DNA of 44,526 nucleotides from Gammaproteobacteria bacterium (GTDB lineage: Bacteria; Pseudomonadota; Gammaproteobacteria; GCA-001735895): the NCBI GenBank assembly GCA_052030825.1, contig JBPEYE010000295.1:1-44526 (forward strand), in the 5' to 3' direction. Of the stretch, positions 38,041 to 44,526 are shown piece by piece. Numbering within the stretch: the first letter of the stretch is position 1; the number at the start of each line of letters is the position of its first letter. The notes under the pieces are model-generated. The model searched no databases and was not told the origin of the DNA. It saw nothing but the letters and a program-made list of their open reading frames with translations. A program made the translations under genes and the position numbers.

Positions 38041-39567
38041 ATGGCGCAGACGCGAAAACGGCAACGACGCTCCCGCGGGCAGCCACGCCCGGCGGTGGCG
38101 CCGCGTGCGCCCTACATCGCGCGACGCGTCGCGACCTTCGACATTCTGAGCGAGGAGGGGTTGTGCCTGATCGAGCGCAACGCCGACGCGATCCTGCGCG
38201 ACATCGGCATGGAGTTTCGCAACGATCCCGAAATTCTCGACCTGTTCCGCGACGCCGGCGCCGACGTCCGCGACGAGCGCGTGCGGTTCGAGCCCGGCAT
38301 GTGCCGGCAAATCATCCAGGCCAGCGCGCCGGCGCAATTCACCCAGCATGCGCGTAATCCGGAGAACGACGTCGAGATCGGCGGCGCCAACATCGTGCTG
38401 TCGCCGGTTTACGGACCACCGTTCGTGCACGACCTCGACCGTGGGCGGCGCTATGCGACGCTCGACGATTTCGTCGCGCTGGCGAAGATTCACCAGTCGA
38501 TTCCGTACCTGCACCATTGTGGCGGTATCGTTTGCGAACCGGTCGACGTGCCGGTCAACAAGCGTCACCTCGACATGATGCTGAACCATATCGTCCACGG
38601 CGATCGCGCGCTGTTCGGCGCGCTGATCGGTCGCGAGCGCGCCGAGGATTCGGTGGCGATGGCGAAAATCCTGTTCGGCGACGAATACGTCGAAAACCAC
38701 ACCGTGCTGTACGCGGTGTCGAACACCAACGCGCCGCTTACTCTCGACGACGCGATGTCCGGTTCGCTCAAGGTCTACGCGCGCCACAACCAGGCGGTCG
38801 CCTGCACGCCATGGATGATCACCGGCGCGATGAGTCCGTGCACCGAAGCCGGCACCCTCGCGCAGTTGCTCGCCGAGGCGCTGGCGACCTGCGCGCTGAC
38901 CCAGCTGATCCGGCCCGGCGCGCCATGCCTGATGGGCAGTTTCGCGACCGCGATGTCGATGCAATCGGGCGCGCCCACGTTCGGCATGCCCGAGGCCGCG
39001 CGCACGGTGCTCGCCGCCGGCCAGCTCGCGCGTCGCCTCGGCCTGCCGCTGCACACGGTCGGCAGCCTGACGGCGTCGAAGCTGCCCGACGGGCAGGCCC
39101 AGCAGGAGGGCACGCTGAGCCTCGCGATGGCGGTGCTCGCCGGCGCCAACTTTATCAACCACGCAACCGGCTGGCTCGAGGGCGGCCTGTGCACCGGCTA
39201 CGAGAAAACGATCATCGACGCCGATTTGTGCGGCAAGCTGATCGAGTTCTGTCGCGGTATCGATTTGAGCGACAACGCGCAGGCGCTCGACGCCATTGCC
39301 GAGGTCGGACCCGGCAGCCATTTTCTGTCGAGCGCGCATACGCTGGCCAACTTCGAAACCGCGTTCTACCGCTCGAACGTCGCCGATTCGAATTCCTACG
39401 AACAGTGGTCCGAGGAAGGCGGTCTCGACGCCGCACGGCGCGCCAACCGCATCTGGAAGCAACTGCTGGCCGATTACGAGCCGCCGCCGCTCGATCCCGC
39501 GATACGCGAGGAACTCGAGGATTATGTCGCCCGCCGCAAGGCGTCAATGCCCGACCGCAGCTACTGA
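38041..39567 (+). CDS. Trimethylamine methyltransferase (MttB) superfamily, non-pyrrolysine member
   Basis: FTQHARNP, YGPPF, CEPVDVP..RHLD, MQSGAPTFG.PE, SKLPDGQA, GWLEGGL..YEK and VGPG.HFL motifs; no in-frame TAG. Confidence 0.92.
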   Translation: MAQTRKRQRRSRGQPRPAVAPRAPYIARRVATFDILSEEGLCLIERNADAILRDIGMEFRNDPEILDLFRDAGADVRDERVRFEPGMCRQIIQASAPAQFTQHARNPENDVEIGGANIVLSPVYGPPFVHDLDRGRRYATLDDFVALAKIHQSIPYLHHCGGIVCEPVDVPVNKRHLDMMLNHIVHGDRALFGALIGRERAEDSVAMAKILFGDEYVENHTVLYAVSNTNAPLTLDDAMSGSLKVYARHNQAVACTPWMITGAMSPCTEAGTLAQLLAEALATCALTQLIRPGAPCLMGSFATAMSMQSGAPTFGMPEAARTVLAAGQLARRLGLPLHTVGSLTASKLPDGQAQQEGTLSLAMAVLAGANFINHATGWLEGGLCTGYEKTIIDADLCGKLIEFCRGIDLSDNAQALDAIAEVGPGSHFLSSAHTLANFETAFYRSNVADSNSYEQWSEEGGLDAARRANRIWKQLLADYEPPPLDPAIREELEDYVARRKASMPDRSY

Positions 39568-39743
39568 TGGATCGGGCGAAGTTCGCGCAGGCGGAGGAAT
39601 ATTTTCACGCGCGGGAGCGGTCGGCGCGATGGCTGTGCGACGGCTTTGCCGGCGGCGATGATCGCGGCCAGATCGAAGCTGGACGATTGCTGCAACTCGC
39701 CCACTGCGGCGATGCCGTCGATACCGGAGGCGCGCCAGGATGA
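39567..39743 (+). CDS. Possible 58-aa small ORF coupled at both ends
   Basis: TGATG overlap with the MttB stop and ATGA overlap with the next start; MDRAKFAQAEEYFHARERSARWLCDGFAGGDDRGQIEAGRLLQLAHCGDAVDTGGAPG*. Confidence 0.45.
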   Translation: MDRAKFAQAEEYFHARERSARWLCDGFAGGDDRGQIEAGRLLQLAHCGDAVDTGGAPG

Positions 39744-42133
39744 CCGAGCGGCGCGCTATCGTGATTATCGGGGGCGGGGCGATCGGGCTCAGCGTCGCCT
39801 ACCATCTATCCAGACTCGGGATCGAGGACGTGCTGGTGCTCGAACGCCACCGCTTGACCAGCGGCACGAGCTGGCATGCCGCCGGCATCGTCGGACCGCT
39901 GCGCGCGAGCCTCAACCTGACCCGGCTCGCGCAATACGCGCTCGACCTGTTCGTCGAACTCGAATCCGAAACCGGCCAGACCACCGGCTACCGCCAGACC
40001 GGCGGCGCGTGGCTCGCGCAGCGGCCCGAGCGGCTCGCGGAATTGAAGCGGATCAAGGCGCTCGGCGATCGCGCCGGGCTTGCGACCGAACTCGTCGATG
40101 CCGCCGAACTGGGTGCACGCTGTCCGCACCTCGCCGTCGACGATCTTGCCGGTGGGCTGTGGGTCGAAGCGGACGCCCAGGTCAACCCGGTCGACCTGTG
40201 CCAGGCCTATGCCCGCGGCGCGCGGGCGCGCGGCGTCGAGATTCGCGAGCATTGCCGGGTCGATGCGATCGAGACCCGCGATGGCAACGTAGCCAGCGTG
40301 CGCCTCGCCGACGGTGGACGCATCGAATGCGGCAAGCTGCTGCTCGCCGCCGGTGCCTGGTCGCGCGAGCTCGGCCGCAGCGCCGGTCTGGTGTTGCCGC
40401 TGGCCGCCTGCGAACACGTTTATCTGGTGACCGAGCCGCTCGCCGGGCTGCCCGAGCCGTGCCCGATCCTGCGAGATCTCGATGCCGGGATCTACTTGAA
40501 GGGCGACGCCGGCAAGCTCGTGCTCGGCGCCTTCGAAGCCGATCCGAAACCCTGGCAGCCGGCGCTCGACGATGACGAATTCCTGCAGTTCGACGCCGAC
40601 TGGGAGCACGCGCAGCCGATGCTCGAGGCCGGTATCTGCCGCGTGCCGCAACTCGCCGAGCAGGGCATCGCGCATTTCATGAACGGTCCGGAAAGTTTTA
40701 CCCCCGATACGAAACAGGTCATGGGGCTCGCGCCCGGCTTCGCCAACCTGTTCGTCGCCGCCGGCTTCAACTCGATCGGCATCATGTCGTCGGCCGGCGT
40801 CGGCAAGGTCATGGCCGACTGGATCCGCGATGGCGAACCGCCGATGGACCTTTGGGAAGTCGATATCGCGCGCTTCGATCCGCTGCAGGGCGACGCCGCA
40901 TATCTCGCCGCGCGGCTGCCCGAAGCGGTCCACAACCAGTTCGCAATGCACTGGCCGTTCAAGCAGTACCGGACCGGGCGCGGCCTGCGGCGATCGCCGT
41001 GGCACGAGCGGCTCGCCGAATGCGGCGCGGTGTTCGGCGCGCCGACCGGATGGGAGCGCCCGCTGTGGTACGCGCGCGACGATAGCGAGCGCGAGTTCGA
41101 GTACGGCTACGGCGCGCAGTGCTGGTGGCCGGCGGCGCGGCGCGAGGCGCTGCATTGTCAGCAGCACGTCAGCCTGTTCGAATTGAGCCCGTTCGCGAAG
41201 TTCGATCTGCGCGGTCGCGACGCGCTCGCGCTGCTGCAGCGGCTTTGTTGCGGCGATATCGATGTCGACGTCGGCCGGGTCAAATACACGCTGATGCTGA
41301 ACCGGCGCGGCGGCATCGAGGCCGAGGTCACGGTCGCGCGGCTGGGGCCGCGGCATTTTCGCGTCGTCGGCGGCGCGGCGACGCGATTCAAGGACCTGGC
41401 GTGGCTGCGACGCCACGCCGGCGACGCGGTCGAAATCGCCGACGTCAGCGACGCCCACGCCGTGCTCGGCGTCATGGGCCCGCTCGCCGGAATGCTGATG
41501 GAAGCGCTGGCGGACGGTTTCGATGCGGGCGCATTTCCGTTTTCGAGCGCGCGCGAAATTGCGATCGACGGCGTCGCCGTACTCGCCGCGCGCCTGAGCT
41601 ACGTCGGCGAACCGGGCTGGGAACTCTACATTCCCGGTAGCGTCGCGATTGACGTGCTCGAACGGGTGCTCGCGGTCGGCGCCGATTTCGAACTCGGGCT
41701 CGCCGGGCACTTTGCCCTCGACAGTTGCCGTATCGAAGTCGGCTATCGTCACTGGGGGCACGATATCGGACCCGACGATACGCCGCTCGAATGCGGCCTC
41801 GACTTCGCGGTCGACTTCGACAAGGCCGCCGAATTTATTGGCCATGACGCGTTGCTGGCGCAGGCCAGCGACGGCGTTCGCAAGCGCCTGCGTCTGTGCG
41901 AGGTGGGTGCCGGCGACGTGCTGATCGTGCATGACGAGCCGGTTTATGCCGGCGATCAAATCATCGGTCACTGCACCTCGGGCGGACCGGGTTTTCGCAG
42001 CGCGAAGACGCTGTGCTTCGTCATGATTTATGACACCGACACGATCGCCGGGCGAGATCTCGAGATCGAAGTCGCCGGTGTGCGTTACCCGTTGCAGCCG
42101 CTCGCGCGACCGCCCTGCGAGGCACGTCGATGA
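39740..42133 (+). CDS. GcvT-family FAD-dependent oxidoreductase (sarcosine/dimethylglycine dehydrogenase-like)
   Basis: IIGGGAIG, GTSWHAAG, NGPESFTPD, GWERP, SYVGEPGWE and TPLECGL motifs (DAO domain plus folate-binding GcvT domain). Confidence 0.93.
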   Translation: MTERRAIVIIGGGAIGLSVAYHLSRLGIEDVLVLERHRLTSGTSWHAAGIVGPLRASLNLTRLAQYALDLFVELESETGQTTGYRQTGGAWLAQRPERLAELKRIKALGDRAGLATELVDAAELGARCPHLAVDDLAGGLWVEADAQVNPVDLCQAYARGARARGVEIREHCRVDAIETRDGNVASVRLADGGRIECGKLLLAAGAWSRELGRSAGLVLPLAACEHVYLVTEPLAGLPEPCPILRDLDAGIYLKGDAGKLVLGAFEADPKPWQPALDDDEFLQFDADWEHAQPMLEAGICRVPQLAEQGIAHFMNGPESFTPDTKQVMGLAPGFANLFVAAGFNSIGIMSSAGVGKVMADWIRDGEPPMDLWEVDIARFDPLQGDAAYLAARLPEAVHNQFAMHWPFKQYRTGRGLRRSPWHERLAECGAVFGAPTGWERPLWYARDDSEREFEYGYGAQCWWPAARREALHCQQHVSLFELSPFAKFDLRGRDALALLQRLCCGDIDVDVGRVKYTLMLNRRGGIEAEVTVARLGPRHFRVVGGAATRFKDLAWLRRHAGDAVEIADVSDAHAVLGVMGPLAGMLMEALADGFDAGAFPFSSAREIAIDGVAVLAARLSYVGEPGWELYIPGSVAIDVLERVLAVGADFELGLAGHFALDSCRIEVGYRHWGHDIGPDDTPLECGLDFAVDFDKAAEFIGHDALLAQASDGVRKRLRLCEVGAGDVLIVHDEPVYAGDQIIGHCTSGGPGFRSAKTLCFVMIYDTDTIAGRDLEIEVAGVRYPLQPLARPPCEARR

Positions 42134-44520
42134 AAAGCCATGCCAGAGTCGTCGTGATTGGCGGCGGCGCGATGGGAACCTCGCTGATCTATCACCTGGC
42201 GCAGCTCGGCTGGAACGACGTCGTGCTGGTCGAGAAAAACGAGCTGACCGCGGGCTCTACCTGGCACGCCGCCGGCCTGTGCACGCACTACGCCCACAAC
42301 CTCACGATCATGAACCTGCGCGCCCACAGCGTGCGGCTGTATCGCGAACTGCTGGAGCGGGACACCGGCCAGCCGGTCAGCTTTCACGCCTGCGGCGCGC
42401 TGCGCGTGACCCGCCACCCCGATCGGCTCGACGAGTTTCGGCAGGTGCAGGGCATCGGTCGCTTCGCCGGTTTCGACTTTCACATCCTGACGCCGGCCGA
42501 GCTCAAGGACCGCTATCCGCTGGCCGCGATCGACGACCTGATCGGCGCAATCTACGAACCGCTCGACGGCCACGTCGACCCGAGCCAGGCGACCCACGCG
42601 ATGGCGCGCGGCGCGCGCGATCGCGGTGCCGAGGTTTACCGCAATACCTGCGTAACCGCGATCCGGCAGAACGCGCGGCGCGAATGGATCGTCGAGACCG
42701 ATCGCGGCGCGATCACCGCCGAGCACGTCGTCAACGCGGCCGGCACCTGGTGTCGTGAAATCGGCGGGATGATGGGGGTCGACCTGCCGGTCGTGCCGAT
42801 GCTGCATCAATACCTCGTCACCGATCGCATCGACGCCTTCGCCGCGCTCGACGCCGAATTGCCGATGATCCGCGACCCCGACGAGAGCTGGTACCTGCGG
42901 ATGGAGCGCGACGGGGTGATCATCGGGCCGTACGAGCCAGACGGCAAACCCTGGGCAATCGACGGTGTACCGCCCGAATTCGGCATGGAACTGCTCGACC
43001 CCGATCTCGACGCGATCGCCGAAATCGCCGCCAGGGCGATGCGCCGCGTGCCGGCCGCCGCCGACGGCGGCATCAAGCGCGTCGTCCACGGCCCGATCAC
43101 GTTCACGCCCGACGCCAACCCGCTGATCGGGCCGGCCTTCGGGCTCGACAACGCGTGGCTGTTAACCGGTTCGTCGATGGGCGTCATGGAGGGCGGCGGC
43201 GCCGGCAGGTTTCTCGCCGAATGGATGGACGCCGGCGAGCCGCCGATGGATGCGCTCGCGGTCGATGCGCGCCGTTTCGGCGGCTATGCCGATCGCGACT
43301 ACCGTGTCGCCAAGGCGGTCGAATGCTTCGCCGCTCAGTTCGGCATTCACTACCCGTACGAGGAGCGCCCGGCCGGCCGGCCCTGCATCACCACGCCGGT
43401 ATACGCCGCGTTAAAGCGTCGCGGCGCGGTGTTCGGCAGCGTTTACGGCTACGAACGACCAAACTGGTTTGCACGCGACCCGGCGGTGCGCGAATCGACC
43501 CTGAGTTTCGACCGCGCCAACTGGTTCGACGCGGTGGCGGCCGAATGCGCGAACCTGGCGCACAACGTCGGCCTCGCCGACCTGTCGGCATTCGCCAAAT
43601 TTCGCGTCACCGGCACGGACGCCGCCGCGTTCGTCGACCGGCTGGGCGCCAACCGCGCGCCCGCGGTCGGGCGCATCGGTCTGACCCACGCGCTGACCGA
43701 AGCCGGCGGTGTCGCGTCCGAATTCACGGTCACGCGCTTCGCCGACGACGAGTTTTACCTGGTCAGCGCGGCCGCGGCGCGGCGTCACGACGCCGACCTG
43801 CTGCGCCGGCGCGCCAGAGGTTTCGACGTCGAGGTCGCCGACGCGACCGCCGAGCGTGGCGTGCTCGGCGTCATGGGTCCGAATGCCGAGGCGCTGCTGC
43901 AAACGCTGTGCGATGACGATTTGACGCTGCCGGCCGTGCCGCGCTTCGCCGCGCGCCGGACAGCGCTCGGCGGCGTCGACGTCGACTTGCTGCGCGTGTC
44001 GTACGTCGGCGAGGCGGGTTTCGAATTGCACCACGCGATCGACCGGCAGTCAGCGCTATTCGAGCGGCTGCTCGATGCCGGCAAGGCCTTCGAGATCGGC
44101 TTTTACGGCGCCTTCGCGATGAACGCGATGCGGCTCGAAATGGGTTACCGTGCCTGGGGCGCGGATCTCACCGCCGAGCGCACGCCGCTCGAAGCGGGTC
44201 TCGACCACCTGGTCAAAACCGCTGACCGTGAATTCGTCGGCCGCGGCGCCTTGCTCGAACGCGCGGCGCGAGCGGACCGCTGGAATATGCATTTACTCGA
44301 GCTGGATACGGGCGCCATCGATCCGTTCTATCTACACCCGGTACTGCGCGCCGGCGAGGTGGTCGGTATCGTCACCTCGGGCACGTTCGGCCACCGCATG
44401 CAGAAGGCCGTCGCGCTGGCCTATTTCCGGCATGCAGTGGGCGGCGACGACGAACTGCAGGTCGAGATCCTCGGCCGGCCGGTCGCGGCATGGATCTGCG
44501 AGCCTTGCCGGATCGATTAG
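42130..44520 (+). CDS. GcvT-family FAD-dependent oxidoreductase (dimethylglycine dehydrogenase-like)
   Basis: VIGGGAMG, GSTWHAAG, GPITFTPD, GYERPNWF, SYVGEAGFE, RLEMGYR.WG and TPLEAGL motifs; ATGA overlap with the preceding gene. Confidence 0.93.
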   Translation: MKSHARVVVIGGGAMGTSLIYHLAQLGWNDVVLVEKNELTAGSTWHAAGLCTHYAHNLTIMNLRAHSVRLYRELLERDTGQPVSFHACGALRVTRHPDRLDEFRQVQGIGRFAGFDFHILTPAELKDRYPLAAIDDLIGAIYEPLDGHVDPSQATHAMARGARDRGAEVYRNTCVTAIRQNARREWIVETDRGAITAEHVVNAAGTWCREIGGMMGVDLPVVPMLHQYLVTDRIDAFAALDAELPMIRDPDESWYLRMERDGVIIGPYEPDGKPWAIDGVPPEFGMELLDPDLDAIAEIAARAMRRVPAAADGGIKRVVHGPITFTPDANPLIGPAFGLDNAWLLTGSSMGVMEGGGAGRFLAEWMDAGEPPMDALAVDARRFGGYADRDYRVAKAVECFAAQFGIHYPYEERPAGRPCITTPVYAALKRRGAVFGSVYGYERPNWFARDPAVRESTLSFDRANWFDAVAAECANLAHNVGLADLSAFAKFRVTGTDAAAFVDRLGANRAPAVGRIGLTHALTEAGGVASEFTVTRFADDEFYLVSAAAARRHDADLLRRRARGFDVEVADATAERGVLGVMGPNAEALLQTLCDDDLTLPAVPRFAARRTALGGVDVDLLRVSYVGEAGFELHHAIDRQSALFERLLDAGKAFEIGFYGAFAMNAMRLEMGYRAWGADLTAERTPLEAGLDHLVKTADREFVGRGALLERAARADRWNMHLLELDTGAIDPFYLHPVLRAGEVVGIVTSGTFGHRMQKAVALAYFRHAVGGDDELQVEILGRPVAAWICEPCRID

Positions 44521-44526
44521 CGAAAT

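Noticed and set aside
38041-39567. Pyrrolysine recoding in the MttB homolog
   Set aside because: The ORF is uninterrupted with no in-frame TAG, and no pyl genes are in the window.
37747-41971. Very long antisense ORFs (37747..39462 and 39806..41971, and similar ones elsewhere such as 19216..20715)
   Set aside because: They are shadow frames opposite well-supported genes, expected from high-GC codon bias, and show no protein motifs.

Overview
GC-rich chromosomal window, apparently from a gammaproteobacterium (inferred from gene content and order). It is mostly core genes: the 3' end of a GcvT-family gene, a CDF transporter, a complete ccmABCDEFGHI cytochrome c maturation operon, gluQ with dapC-dapD-yffB-dapE, and a flagellar block (flgN-flgM-flgA | cheV-flgBCDEF) with readable sigma28 and sigma54 promoters. 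Then come an SH3 protein plus M48 peptidase, heme A synthase, ispF-nagZ-mscS-hpt-MTI phosphorylase-Nudix, yceJ-yceI, a diguanylate cyclase, an acyltransferase/alpha-beta-hydrolase fusion, a VWA membrane protein and a thioredoxin-like protein. The window ends with a likely methylated-amine catabolic cluster: an AGXT2-like aminotransferase divergent from a non-pyrrolysine MttB homolog and two GcvT-family dehydrogenases. I saw no rRNA, tRNA, CRISPR array, transposase or prophage. The most notable unexplained signals are a nested palindrome with covarying hairpins at 180-481, two candidate stand-alone sRNAs (about 13910-13975, and a GGA-rich one at about 21837-21983), the acyltransferase-hydrolase fusion, and the MttB/GcvT/GcvT/aminotransferase cluster. 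All calls come from motif recognition by eye; no searches were run.
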